Notes: generated by a model from the letters alone, not told the origin. Shown: positions 13,403 through 27,239, counted from the first letter of the whole stretch. The stretch: 60,655 bases of DNA, filler included, from Sphacelaria rigidula (GCA_964200075.2; 9 parts of 9 records of this genome joined end to end with filler, not necessarily neighbours in it), one strand, 5' to 3'. Made by a program: numbers and translations.

Positions 13403-13502
13403 NNNNNNNNNNNNNNNNNNNNNNNNNNNNNNNNNNNNNNNNNNNNTTAATTAATTAANNNNNNNNNNNNNNNNNNNNNNNNNNNNNNNNNNNNNNNNNN
13501 NN
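13403..13502. other. Artificial contig linker
   Basis: Same structure as 6652-6751. Confidence 0.97.
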
Positions 13503-16500
13503 AATCAGGCCGAAGAAATCGTAAATTTGGTGATTTTGAGTCGTGATGATTTGTCCTAACCGTGAAAGGGTTAATGCTCTCTCGAGAGGTGTGAATACCA
13601 CAAGTTTGTGAGGGAGATTCGACCCATCTACCCATCTGTCACTATGTTTCAATTCGTTGTTTTTCCGTTTTAAGTCCTGGATGACTGTTGATCCTACATC
13701 AATGCTCAACAAGCAGCCGAAGCCCGAGCGGAAAAGGAGGCGGACGGTATGTTTGGACAGGCGGGAGGTCAACAGTCGGGGGAAGGCGGAGCTGCTGCCA
13801 GCGATGGATCTTCCACTAGGTTTCGGGAGCTGATCCAAAAGTTCGCTCCACGCGTCAGTAGGAACAGGGGAAAGGTGACGCAGGCGATATCAATGTGAAG
13901 AGCGATAACGAGATACTGTGATGACTGGTAGCGGTGTGAAAGGGTTGGGGATTGACAACGAATGGCGATACGATATGATGAGGGAATGCTGGCGGATAAC
14001 AATCGTTCCATGGTACCTAGAGTAGGGTACGTATCCTAGATACCCTGAGTATTCAGAGTATTTTGAGTACCCGATACTCCAAGGTATGCGCGGGTATCGA
14101 CTGGACTGCTGAAACTGGTTAGAATCCCGCAGTATCTCGAGTGTTGACTGTCAATAATATTCAATGTACAAGATTACCCGCGGGTAATTTATTCCCTGAT
14201 GATGACGGTGTGATGGATGATGACGAACAGTGGTACATGGGCATGGTGAATAGCGGTGCAACGGTGTAACGTCATTATGACGGCCAGAGGTATCACTATT
14301 ATAGGCTCCGTCTTGACTATACAAAAATGTGCGAATGAGAATGACGATGATGAACAGCCCATGCGTCGCAACCATTTTATGTTCTCCCTTTTGCTTCATC
14401 TTTTTTTTTCTTGTCCACAAAAATTAGTAAAAAAACATTGTTCAATTTGATGAGAACGGAGGAACAGTCCAATGAAAGTGCGAAAAGGAACGTGAAATGC
14501 TTGTTACGCGTGGTTTGTTGGTCTTATTCATTCCCATTTCCACCATCTCAATACTATTTCTGTCTGTTTGTCTCGATAAGACCCGGCCTTACGAGCTTTT
14601 GGAACGGCAGCATTGCGAGGGATTACTGTGCCGCTATAGGTTATAGGTACATCAGGTAGCGGCACACAAGGGACGGCCGCGTCTGGTGTGTGCTCAAGGA
14701 ACCAGTGGCAGATGGGACCGGACAAGAGCACGAAGGGGTGGAATATGGTTGTAAATCCATCTTGTCACTGACCACGGCTGGATTCCTAGCCGATCACCTG
14801 AGGAGCAATGCTACGGTAGGGTTGCACTTTTCCCGCGGAATCTTGGCTGGTTCAGGGGCTCTCAAAGATTTTACATGCACAAGCAGATGGGTCAGGGCAC
14901 CTCCGTTTGCAAATTCATTCGGGATATCCCTAGCGCATGGGAATAGTAATCCTGGCGTACTCTCACATATTTCGTAAGTCGTGTTTCGGATGAGATACAG
15001 GGCTCCTGACCATTCCTATATCAGGAAATGCCTGTGCACCTCTACCGTAGCACCCCTCTGAGTCGATCAATCAACAAAGATCACTGATGCACCAGATACA
15101 GCGGACCAGTACTGTAAAAACTTGGAACACAGACAGGCTTGGTGTCACTCGATCCCTATTGGGTCACTTTCGTTGTTATTGGATTATTTTCACGTCTTGC
15201 TCACTTTGTTCTTGTCCTGCATGGGCCAGACCCAGGGCTTTTTCCTTGGTCGAAAAAAAATGTATCCCCCCATATGGGCGTACTCATGTGTTGCTTGCCT
15301 TAGTCGTCATCCCCCCATATAGGGGGAATGAAGGATCCACCTACACCTGCTATGATGACCTATCTTGCGCCATTTTTTTTTATTTCGAGAGCCCACGTCT
15401 TTTGAATTTGCGAGCGTTACGGGTTTTTGCAAAAAATGTACAGCCCTCTACTTGTACGGTAGTAGAGTAGTAGTGTAGTACTTTGTAAATACTACGCTAT
15501 ACCCTGCTGTACCACGTTGGTGCTGTACTGTACTGTTGCACTAAATACCGTTCGAGTCGTCAATTTGTATCTTAACCAGGTGCCCTGTGTACCAGCTACC
15601 GCAAATTTGTCAGGGGCTTGTCCTTCAGCCTATGTGTGTCATGTCCTACGCACATCCATGTACCATATACCAAGTGTCCCCAAACCCTACAGTCAGAACG
15701 GTGTTGAACCATAAATAGAACCGACGACATCGCCGCGAAATGCGAGGCTGCCTCCCGACCCGCCTACAGATGACGGTATACCTCGTACTCTGCTTGCGAA
15801 GTACAGTGGTTACTTTGTACATAGTACCGTACTGTATCGTGCACCACCGTTCCATCCGTCAAGTCTGCGTCGTCACCGGTTGCACTGTGTACCAGTACCG
15901 TGGACTGTTGGGGTGTATACTGTGGATCCGTCATGCTGTGTACTGTATTTGTATGGTACCCGTCATCTCAGAAGAAATAAATGCTTCCGTGTACGGTACT
16001 ACCGTATAATGAGAAACCGAAGTGACTTCTGTTCGTTGTGTACTCGCAGCTGGCTGGACTTGGACTAAAACGGTGGTCAGTACCACAACAGACAGTACAG
16101 TGCACTGCCAGGGTGGTGCACGATACAGTACAGTAGTATTTATAAATAACTACTGTACTACGGAACAAGTACAGGCTTATGATTTATGATGATTATTATT
16201 ATTATTTCCGCACATTAGTCCGATCTCGCAACCCCGTGGTCACAGACGTAGGCTCGCCTTTCCAATATCGTCCTTGCTATTCCTTACCAGACACATTGCC
16301 AAAAATAAAAATAAGAAGAGAGACGCCACGAAAACCGGTGAGAAGTAGCTCCCCCGAGTTCAACAGAGAGATGAAAGAAAGAAAGAAAAACATTTCAACA
16401 AACGAACAACAATATGTTCTCAAACTCAAAATACGTGGGCTCTCGAAAAATAAAACGGCGCAACATCGGTCATAATACCAGGTGTGGGTGGATCCTTATT

Positions 16501-16957
16501 TCCCCCGTATAGAGAGGTACATTTTTGTCGTCCCCTGGTGGCGATGTTTCTTCCTCTGCCTGCACGGGTCTGTCTGGACAGACACGAAGAGATGTAACTC
16601 CCTTCGTGCTTCGTTTGGTGCGCATGCCATCATTGGTCAAGTTTTCATTCGCTTCGTGTGCGTCATTGTCGTCCGATATTGTTCGAAACATGTGTCCTCT
16701 GCATCTAAACCTAACATCTATGTGTGCGTGTGCTCATTCATTATTATTTCTTTTAGAGACGCGAAAACCCCAGCAGCTCAAAACCTCGCGTGTTTTTTTA
16801 TTTATTTTGTTCAAACCTTGCAAGATTTACCCCTGGAGTTTCGTTCGTCTTCGCTCTGAAGTTTGCTTCTCCGTCCCGTCGCTCGACATCTGCAACCTCA
16901 TGTGTTTTCTGTGTTCGTTTTGCGTGTACTGATTGTTGTATTATCCCTCTCATGTAG

Positions 16958-17137
16958 ACCTGGACCCCCCTCAAGCCTCCGACAGTGGACGGACTCGGCC
17001 GCGCCTATGGGCTGGGGAGACGCAAGCGTAGCGTTGCTCGAGTTTGGGTGTCTCTGAGTGAGGGCGACGGCGGCGTATTTTTCGTGAACAAGAGGCCCAT
17101 GATTGATTACTTCCCCAGGGACCATCACCAAAACGAG
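16958..17137 (+). CDS. rps9: Internal exon of ribosomal protein S9 (uS9), probably mitochondrion-targeted
   Basis: AG|...|GT, 180 bp, phase 0, branch-like tactgat upstream; TWTPLKPPTVDGLGRAYGLGRRKRSVARVWVSLSEGDGGVFFVNKRPMIDYFPRDHHQNE carries the bacterial-type S9 GRRK..VARV signature. No other exons were recognised in the contig. Confidence 0.88.
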
Positions 17138-19002
17138 GTACTGTCCATTTTTTGTCTCTTTCTTTTTTGTCACAGTCTTGTCATTATCGGGAAGAGTCCT
17201 TACTTGGAAGGGATTACTGCCCCGGTACAGTCAGTACATGCCTGGTGTGTTGGTGCTGTATCGCGGATTGGAATATGGCTACCTGCACTATCTCATCCCG
17301 TCGACTCTCAACCAATCACGGTTGTTTGCGATTCATGTCGGTACCTTTGTACAGCAGAGTTGGTTAGCTCACCCGAACTCGGCGACAGTACTCCGTGCTT
17401 GACAAAAGACTGTACACCATCAGATTCGGATCTTCACTACAGGGTTCACATTCCCAACCACTCGCCCAGCACGCGTCCTGGCTGATTTGAGTTCTGCCAA
17501 CGAACACTGCCTAGGACGCTGAACACTGCATCTACCCCCCTTGCCCGAGGGTTCTCGGTATGACTTGGGTTCGGGTTATAGCGTTAGCGTTAGCTTTCGA
17601 CGAAAATGATGTTTTTTCAACCATATATTTTCGTCGGTTAAGTTCGCAGGAAGCCGCCTCCGTTATTGACGGCGAATATCATGTTATGCGGAAACGAATG
17701 ATATCGGTGAGCAGTCAAACCTGCAACCTTGTACTACCCGACCTGGCGGGTGCTAGAACTGGTACACTGTTAACATGACTTTTGAGTGCTCTACGCTCAC
17801 ATCGCCAGTTTGAGGATATTGTGTTCTACAGTGCGTCTTTTCAACTGTTTGCCGTTTATATCGTTACTGAGTAGGTGCGGTGATACCTGACGGCTTGACA
17901 AGTGGTTTGTACAGTGTTGTTGGCGCTTCATGCGGTTTCCCATGAAGTAATGTTGTTCATACGACGTGCTTGTTCATCTCGTGTGTTCCGATGTTTGTTC
18001 GCGTCGCTCCTCACAATGGGTTGGAAAATGGCAATAAATTATAGTTAAGGGTCAGTGATATAATATTTGAGTTTTTGCACAAAGGGTTCCATCTCAGAAC
18101 GATGTAGCAGCACGCGGCCCATAGCCGACTTCTTTTTTCCCCAGAGACCATGGAGAATGATAATACTCCCTCGAAAACAAGATGTTGCCACAAATGGCGC
18201 ATGACATAGTGTATAGTACAGTATTGGTGGTGTAGACATGAATGTCATCATTTTGGAGAACCAACGGCTACTTGGCGGGCAGCGACAGCTAAGTTTTTCC
18301 CCGGCTGCATTTCTCAAGCGGGTATGTGGTCTCGTCCAACATCAAGCCGTACCTTCCAAGAATTAATTCCAGATACAAGACAGCACCGAACGCAACAAAG
18401 TAATCACAGCAACCATGGGGTGCGCTGGAGCATGGATACCCGGTACGCTTGTCCATGGTGACGATCTCGGCGCACCCTTCATAACCATTTATTGTGTCGC
18501 GGTGTTGGTGGCTGTGGTGTCTACCCCAGCTATTCTTGAAACTTCGCCGCGAAGCAGTTCTGCACACGCGCGTCTCTTTTGGTCCTACTTACTGTAGTCA
18601 TGCGAGTCAGTCATACCGAAAAATATATCTAAGTGGCGCGAGCAAGAGTCTGTACGATTTTGTCCGGGATTGGGGGTTATAGCGTTGGAGTATCATCGTC
18701 CTTACTACCCCCCACACTAACGTAGCATCAAGTACATGCACCTCAAGTGCGGTTCAGCGTTGTTTTATTCCCTTTTCACGTGTGTGTGTGTGCTTAGCGA
18801 TGAAATAAAACACGAGGTCTACTTTGCGTTCATCTGCGCAACTCAAAAGGGAGTTCATTTTGTGTGTGTGCGTTGTGTGTGAGTGTTTTGTCTTGAGCCT
18901 GTGTGTCGAAGGCATCAATCGAAATGACGGAGTGGTTCATACGTGTGTTTGACGAACCTGGCCACGGAATCACTTAGGCGCAACAGCTCAGGCATGTTGT
19001 CC

Positions 19003-19113
19003 TGATGATGATTTTAATGATGACGATGATGATTTTAATGATGACGATGATGATGGTGATGTTAATAGTTGTGATGAACATCAGGATGGTGATGAACATC
19101 AGGATGGTGATGG
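19003..19113. repeat. Degenerate (GAT)n microsatellite
   Basis: gatgatgat runs with small internal duplications. Confidence 0.85.
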
Positions 19114-20153
19114 TGTCTTGACGCTGACAAAGCACGCGGTCTGACACTGAACAGCATTGGCTGATTATATTTATATTGGTCCTATACTGGTCCTTGTACG
19201 GAGGTGATGCATCGAAACGTACATGGTGGTCATGTGGTGACGTACTCATCTTTTCACCCTGTACTGCTTTGAACTTGGGGTTACGCGTGGTAGTGTAGTG
19301 AAGTAGAGGTGCAGTGTAGTGTAATGAACTCTTAGGCCGCATCATGTGAAGAAAACACAAAATTTGATAATGATATTGTGACGATGATCGATCTTGATGA
19401 GAGTGCCAAAGGGAACGTTAAAATAGTTGCCACACGTGGGCTGTTTGTTACTCTCGTTCTTATGGTCACAACATCATTATCATTTTTTTCTCTCGAGAAG
19501 ACGAGGTCTTAGTGCGGTATTAAGAATTGAAGCCAAGAATGGAATGCTTCATGACCAGTTATGCTTACGTTGCGTTGCGTGGTTGACATTTTGCGCCACG
19601 GGTCCGAAGGGAGAAGATATTTTTTTTTGGTGTGTTTTCGTGTTCTGTGTTCCTGGCGGTTCCCCTCACGTGTTCTGCGACTTGTAGTCAGTGTTCAAGC
19701 CGATGGGGTTCTCCAAGAGGGTTGGTAATTGCTTCTGGTGTTGTCATGACCCCGTTCCCCGCTCTGTTTTGGGTGTTTTTGTGACTTATCGAGGTGCCCA
19801 ATAAAAAACCGTCAGGGTCAGGGTTGAGGTACAAAAGGGGGGCCGATATAAGGCGGTAGACCCGATACAAGGCGGCTGAAATCTGCGCGCACAACTCAGA
19901 CCCGGAATATGGCGGCCACCGCCTTATTCCGGGCCGCACCCCGTATAAAGACTGTTGTTTCATAATTTACAGTAGTGATCGTGGCTGCACAGAACATCGC
20001 ATGTGTAATCGGATGTCGTTCGGAAATATGGGAATTCGGACGGAGGCCGACGGTGGAACCGTCGGCGTAGGACATGTGTGGTATTTCCGAGGTGCCAGAG
20101 TGCGAAGTAGCTCTCGTGCCACAAGACATGACAGCGGGAGACATTCCCCGAAA

Positions 20154-20253
20154 NNNNNNNNNNNNNNNNNNNNNNNNNNNNNNNNNNNNNNNNNNNNTTA
20201 ATTAATTAANNNNNNNNNNNNNNNNNNNNNNNNNNNNNNNNNNNNNNNNNNNN
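20154..20253. other. Artificial contig linker
   Basis: Same structure as 6652-6751. Confidence 0.97.
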
Positions 20254-20262
20254 AGGAGCGGT

Positions 20263-20336
20263 GCTCCGTCTCGAAAGGGATGCGTGGTCAATGGTCAAAT
20301 GACTAAGGCAAGCAACAAATGAGTACGCCCCCCCCC
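20263..20336 (+). repeat. Poly(C)-ended repeat module, alpha
   Basis: Matches 8816-8889. Confidence 0.9.
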
Positions 20337-20340
20337 TCTC

Positions 20341-20651
20341 CTGGTGAGGCATCCGTGAGGCAGTGTGTAACCCATGGATGTCTCTGGAAGTGACAATACC
20401 GGAAAATGAAGCGACATATTGAAGGCTAGTATCCCTATGCAAGATTATCAGTAGGCTTCGGGCATAAACAATATTAGCAGGATGCAGCTCACCCTTCGTG
20501 CGACTCGCCGAATACAATACGGCGCTTCGCGGTTGGTGATTGGTTGCGACCCTGGTCCGGCGGAAATGCGGCGTGCTCCGTCCCGACTGTGTAGGGATGC
20601 GAAGTCAATGGTGATATGATTACGGCATTCAAGATCTTAAATACACCCTCC
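20341..20651 (+). mobile_element. ~310-bp poly(C)-ended element, subfamily beta
   Basis: Collinear with 38898-39196; starts just after the C-tail of the alpha copy and ends tacaccctcc. Confidence 0.75.
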
Positions 20652-21124
20652 TCGCTTCCTCCGCCCCCGGGAGATTCACGTCCATTAAACAAGCTTGTTA
20701 TCACCTTATAGCTAGCTCGCTTGTGTGAACAACTCTCTGACACGGAAATATTTCTGCGACAACTAACTAACTTGACTGTAAGCGAGTACCTCTCGAATGG
20801 GCAGTTTGTAGGCAACTCGTTACCTTGGAAAGTTTCTCATCCCCTGAATAATGTTATCGTCCTTCACAGCTGCTCTTACAGCTTGCTTGTGTAAACAACG
20901 CTTCTTTCACTGGTGAAAATCTTCGTTCGGCAACTACACACTCACCTGTCAACAAATAAACACCTCCCGCTGAACCGTTTGGGGCAACTGGTCGTTCGTA
21001 AACAACACAACACCTCCGTTGAGAACTGAGAACATGTACCAACTACTAACTAGTGTCCTGCAAATTTATCTCGGGTAAAAAACCCGAGCATCTATGTTGG
21101 TTATTTATAATAGCTAAATAACGG

Positions 21125-21440
21125 TGTTGTGTGTTGTCATCTCATCTATTCTGGACGCCAGTCTAGACCATTCGGTATATGTGGGCGCATCAGCCGGGGT
21201 CACACAAGAGGAAGGCCAACACAGGAGTATTTTTTATTTTTTGTTTCACTCCACCTTCCTTCTGCGGTGCTTGTCGTATTTTTTACCGCGATAGGGCTTC
21301 ATTGGTCCCCATCCCTCGTCGACCCTGAAGTCGAATTCTGTGTACCCACGACATAGTCGCTACCCACAGTTGGCCATTGTGAGAGAAAAAAATCCCAGAT
21401 AACAACTATACCCAACTAAATACGAGAGGACTGCCAACGG
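21125..21440. mobile_element. SINE-like dispersed repeat
   Basis: 21125-21210 is the reverse complement of 40200-40295 (tcatctattctggacgcc.gtctagac...cagccggggtcacaca). Confidence 0.6.
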
Positions 21441-22159
21441 ATGAGATCCTCAGTTGTCTGACGTGCGTAAAGTTTTCTCCCTTTTTTATTTTTATTTTCA
21501 CGTTAGTAGCCGCAAAAATTGTGACTACCCGTGGTCGTTTGATCCCTCAGGATTTCTTGCACTCCTTGACGACAACGTGTTCTCATTCGCTTTGTTCATC
21601 TTCGCCAAGGGTCAGTCGAATCATCGCTGGTTTGTTTTGCATCAGCAAATGTACGATTTCCGAGGCCCGATCGCTCGAATGAAAGAAGGAAGAAAAACTT
21701 GGTCGCGGGTCAAAAAGTCTCCACGCAATTTTTAGGCTATTCCGCGTGCCTGGGGTGTAGCGCTGAAAACAAAGCCAAGGGAATGATTCGTACGTTTATG
21801 AATCAGCTATACTACAGGCAAGTAATTTAACACGAATCGTTGCACACGTCGGACAGCTCATGAGCTATTGTACCTGAAATAACTAATCGAAGAGAACTCC
21901 CAGATCCATTGTACAAAAACACAAGACACGTGACAGCAGTGTTCGAGAAGCTAAAACATTACCTTCCCGCTACACCGCGTGCTCGCCGTCCATCGCTGTT
22001 GGGAACTAATACGAAAATATAGCGGCCAAATAAGCTATAATATTTAGCTCATGATCCGGATCAGTACTTTAATAAGAAGTAATATCCAGGTAGCTCATGA
22101 GCTGTGCGCGTGTGAATCGTTGTCGATTCGACCCTCGCATATATGCCCTGTAGACACTG

Positions 22160-22228
22160 CCACGTCCCCGTAGTCTAAGGGATGCGAGTTGGGGCACAAG
22201 GTTGTGAGTTCGAATCCCTGTAGGTGCT
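22160..22228 (+). repeat. tRNA-like SINE head, degenerate
   Basis: B-box gagttcgaatccc with A-box-like tagtctaagg; no complete cloverleaf. Confidence 0.35.
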
Positions 22229-22560
22229 GCGGTGGATTTTGAAGCTCAGATGCTGTTTTCCGTCGGTTTAAAACATCTGAGCGTGAGAAGCATGAGAAAG
22301 TGTCAACGACGGTCAATGCGATGTCGGAGCTCGTGCTGGTCCACTCCGCGACCATATATATCGAAGTGTCAATCGTGTACCGGGGGCTACGGACATGCCT
22401 CGAGGGGGGAAAGGGGTCGAGAGTATGTGCTCTGTATGAAAGGAAAGGAGAAATAATGCAGGGAGCTGTAACGTGTCGTATCGTGTGATGCGGGGATGTC
22501 TCCCTCTCTTCTGTGACCATAAATTTGTCTCCGACTCGACTCGCGATTCGTCCCTGCACG

Positions 22561-22650
22561 TTGTATTTGTTGTTGTTGTCGTTGTTGTTGTTGGTGTTGG
22601 TGTTGGTGTTGGTGTTATTGATGATGATGATGATGATGATGACGGATGAT
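22561..22650. repeat. (GTT)n/(GGTGTT)n/(GAT)n microsatellite
   Basis: Directly visible. Confidence 0.9.
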
Positions 22651-23405
22651 GCTTTGTGCGGGGGTTGATCTGGCTGACCCCACCGCAGGGACCCCGCCAG
22701 GTGAGCGTGTGCGTATCGGACGAAGGAGGAGGTATGAGCTTGAAGACATCGCAAGATGCCTTCCGCTATCTTTGGACATCATCTGGTGAGCGAATCTTTG
22801 ATTCATTGCAAGTCTACTTGTTTGCAGTACGTATGGTTTCGTGTGGACAGTGTGCTGCTGCCGCTCCTCCTGCTGCTGCTGCTGCTACTGATGCTGTTGA
22901 TGCCATTGATGCTGGTGGACACGCACTGGGGTGGAGGGGGACGGGCGCTCTGGGTCTAGCGGTGGCTCATGGATTGATTCTACAATTGTCGGTACTAACT
23001 GTACAGTGTTTTCACTCAAAGTGCGACAATCAGTCAATCGATCAATCGACCAATCGACCAATCAATCATCAATTATGAATCAAGTGCGGGAGTTTTTACG
23101 CAGAGATTAACGTGCATAATGCCATTTCTTTCTGTGCTTTGCTTTTGTTGACTTTTTTTCTTCTTATATATGTTTTTGAATCTTTGTCTACTAGATCGTT
23201 CTGTTCGACTTTTTTCTTCTCTGTTCCTTCTTTTCTTCAAAGCGTGTTTCAGTTTCGTTTTTTTTGGGTACGTCTATCATGAGACCACGGCTGGATCATG
23301 ACTCCTGGGGGGTCAGTTAAACTGCGACAATCAATCGGATTGAATCAAAAGTGGCAGGTGTCCATCCACCGGAAGTACGGGACCTATGGTGTATAATAAT
23401 GTGTG

Positions 23406-23409
<4 letters not shown>

Positions 23410-23448
<39 letters not shown>
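23410..23448. repeat. (CA)n microsatellite
   Basis: Directly visible. Confidence 0.95.
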
Positions 23449-23450
<2 letters not shown>

Positions 23451-24900
23451 TTTGGTGTATGTGGAAGGCTTGAGCTTAGCCAGGGGCGGCATCTTCTTTC
23501 AAGTGACCTCTATTTCAAGCTATGCTTTATGGGTCCACCTGCTGTATAGTACGATTGCACACGATGGGGGATACATATATCACACCCTGGACAGGAGATT
23601 CCATTGTTAAAATGTGTACTGCGCACAGTATGGAATTTATCGTCTATTGCAATAGACGCAAGAGTCGATACTGTACGCAGTGTATTTTTTCAGCATGTAT
23701 TCTTTTGTTCAGGGTGTGAAATATATGCTTCAAGGGCCGAAGCTCAAAAGAGAAATGCGACGCGTGCACGGCGGTCATTCTTCTTCTTCTTCTTCTTCTT
23801 ATCATTTCGGTCACATTAGCTCGATCTCTCGAACCCGTGGTCACAGAGTGCAAGGATCATACCACCCACACTCATGAATCAAACATGCGATGATGAGGGA
23901 TCTTCATGGGTCCGACCCCCACCCTGCCTTGAGCAAAGCTTTCCGAACGCTCGAGGCGCCTACGTCATATGACTGCCACACCATGGTGTAGCCGAGCCTC
24001 CGGGTGATCGGCACACGAACCCCTTCGCGCGGGGTAAGTGTTGGGTCAGGCAGGTGTCCTCCTCCCTTCTTCAAGGGAAAAAAATAAAAATAGATGAATG
24101 AGGATATTCTTTTGTACAACGCCGTGAGGGTGCTTCGAGTTGGGATGGGGGGCGCGCCAAAATAAAAAGAAGAGAACGAAATGATCTCGTTGAATCTCTG
24201 CACGGGGGTCGTTTTGAGATCACATGGGGGTGCGCTGATTCCGGGACACGTCTGCTTCGGGCGTGAGGCTGCTTGCTACTAACAAGGTCTTCGTGAAATT
24301 GATATTTGGGTGCGGATTGAGAGTGGCTTTGATCGTTCGCTTAAACTTGGCCAATTTTTCATTCCGTGTGTGCTTTTCGTCGTCTCATCACTTGCCATGT
24401 GCTTACAGCTACACGTTGATATCCTGCTCAGGGGTATCGAGGGCCTCAGTGGCAAGCTACTAGAGAGAGAATACTGGGCCTGGTGAAGGTGCATTTCGGA
24501 AATGAAACGGCTTATTCACTAATTGACCGCTTTTCACTGTCAATCGTACCTTCAACTCTCAATTTCACGAAAACGTTGTATTCAGTAACTGCGAGTGACT
24601 CCATTGAGCTACAAGATAAGATGATAACGGGGTGTCACGACGAATACGGTTTTGTATGGCGACATGAATGATCGGGGGCTCCACTCGTAATGCAGGGCAC
24701 CTTGGCGGTGAACACGTGGAAGTTTAAATTGTTTGTGCTGCTTCTCATGGACTAAAAAACGTCTCTGAGATGAGTCGTTTTTGGTCAGTTTCCCGAGACT
24801 TTTTTCAGAACGCGGTCTAATTATAGGGTGATTTTTCATTGAAAAAGTCTCGGGAAACTGACCATAATTCCCACACAGCGGGGTTTTTCCCAATCTCTCA

Positions 24901-25180
24901 GGCCGCTTCTTACAGACTGAAAAACAATCTGTCTGAGAACTGCCCTTTTGAACCTTTCACCTCGGGTTATTGGGGAACTGAAAAAATCCAGAAAACGGCC
25001 AAGAGTAAAACTGGGAGTACGAAAGATCGGACAAGCGCGCTGGAATCCTCGTGAAAAATAGAGTAAATATTTCCGAGAGGGCCAGATCCGCCAAGGCCCG
25101 TATTCCGCCAATAACCCGAGGTGAAAGGTTCAACAGGGCAGTTCTCAGACAGGTCGTTTTTCAGTCTATGAGAAGCGGCC
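24901..25180. mobile_element. PIF/Harbinger (Tourist-like) MITE family D, internally deleted, TSD TCA
   Basis: ggccgcttct...agaagcggcc flanked by tca on both sides; homologous to 56740-57218. Confidence 0.8.
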
Positions 25181-26904
25181 TCAGGGAAAAGGCATCGATT
25201 CCCGAATTTTTTTCTTCTTTGTCTGGGACTTGACGTTCCATCACACACTCCTCGCACACAGCACCCGCATGTACAGTCAGTGCTCCATCATCATACACTC
25301 CTCGCCTACAAGTGTAGTACAGTCAGTGCAAAAGTAGCTGTACATGTTGTATGTACAGTACCGTGGCAACAGCATAGCTGCTGCAGCACTCCGTGCATCC
25401 TCTTCATGACCGTGGAGCCAGGGACAGACAGTACAGAGTGTACAGTGCTCTTTCGCCGGCAGCGTTACTATTATAAAATAGAACGATGTCGCCCCTGCTG
25501 GCTGTGTTCACTGCTCGTATCGTTTCATGCTCGTCGTGCCCGCCACCGATTGCGAACAGTGTAGTATTCTGTTTGCTGAGACGGTTGCTACTGCACTACT
25601 ACTATAACTGTCACACGTGAGTTTGTTGTGTGCGGTATGGTACAAACCGTCTGCTGCACACACTGCACCGCTTGCGATACGACTACTGTACCCAAGCGGC
25701 GGTCGGCTGAAGTAAGGGTTGATACACCTGTCATTTCGATCTCTATTATACCAGTAGCTACTGTACTGGGTTCGTGCGTGGGCGTGTGTTTGTGTGTGTT
25801 GCCATCCCACCTCTCCTGTTTCTGGACGAGGTTATTCACGTGTTAGTTTACCGCAGGTGGCATGAGCACAAAATGCAAATGATGACCACTACCAACCACC
25901 GTCTGCACGCAGGCTGGATGATGGCCTCGGATGTACAAATCCCTGTTTTTTTTCATAGACTACGAATGTAAGGTGGGGTTTTGAAAACTGATGTCTCTGG
26001 AAAAAGTCTCCGAGAAAAGTCGTCCGAAGTGAGTTTTCTCTGTGACTTTTTTCAGTCTATAAGAAGCGGATTTATTCTTTTGTCGTTGAAATGGGTGCGT
26101 CACGGCATCCGTTGAACTAGTAATAAGGCCGCCCCTTTTAAAGGGGTTCTTCAGTAACGACTTTTTTTTTTTCATCGGGGATTTCTTTTCACATTTGTTC
26201 GACTTTTATGCGTTTTTTTGGTTTCTCTTTTCATTCACTTTCCCGAATAAAAATGCTGACAAAAAAATCCGACGCTAATTTTTCGGAGAAATCTGTTACC
26301 GGCGTTCACACTCACACCGCGATGGTAGTCCATCTGGATTGTGCATACTTTTTGCAAGTGAAACTGTTGGCGATTCAGTAGACGACCTACTCTCCTCACC
26401 GCCTATGGGGTCAATGGACCTATAGCCTGAGCCGCTTAACCCTTTGACTACGAACCTCCCCCCAGATGGACTCAGACGGACTATGCCACACTTGGGGCTC
26501 ACTGTGCACCTGTTTTTTTCACTACAAAGAGAAGGCCGTTTTTCATATTCATCAAAAATATATCTGGATTTTGAGGATAAATATGAAAACTAGTCCGGGA
26601 GGACCCCCGACCGGTTTTGAGCCTGCAGTCAAGTGCATGAAGAGTCAGTATAGTTATGTATGATAGGTCTTCCTTGAACACCTTCCAGTTTTCCTAGGTA
26701 CGAGCTTGAAGAGCACGCTTTCGGTGGTTTGCAAGCGGCGCACGCTGTCAGTCGCCACCACTGGGATATATATATATATATATATATACACAAGGGGTTC
26801 GGCGGCTTCCGCCGCCACGCTCAATGAGATCGATAGCCAAGATACGTGAGGACCGGTCATCGTTGCTTGCATTAGGTGACGGAACAGGTCATAGCTTCAA
26901 GTGC

Positions 26905-27004
26905 NNNNNNNNNNNNNNNNNNNNNNNNNNNNNNNNNNNNNNNNNNNNTTAATTAATTAANNNNNNNNNNNNNNNNNNNNNNNNNNNNNNNNNNNNNNNN
27001 NNNN
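26905..27004. other. Artificial contig linker
   Basis: Same structure as 6652-6751. Confidence 0.97.
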
Positions 27005-27239
27005 TGGAGCTTGAGTACTTTAGTCTTGCAGATGTGAAAAGATCGGCCTGTAGTAAATGAACATGAACGAACTCGTGCACAAATGAATGGCAGTCAAACA
27101 ATAAGTAGAATGAAAGGTCCCACACGAAACAGTGGAATTCCGTAATCGTTGACCGAAGCAGTTGTTTGCCTAGTTCAGTGATCAACCTGCACTGTAGAGT
27201 TAAGCAAATGCTCACAACAACTGGAGACTGCCGTTTACT

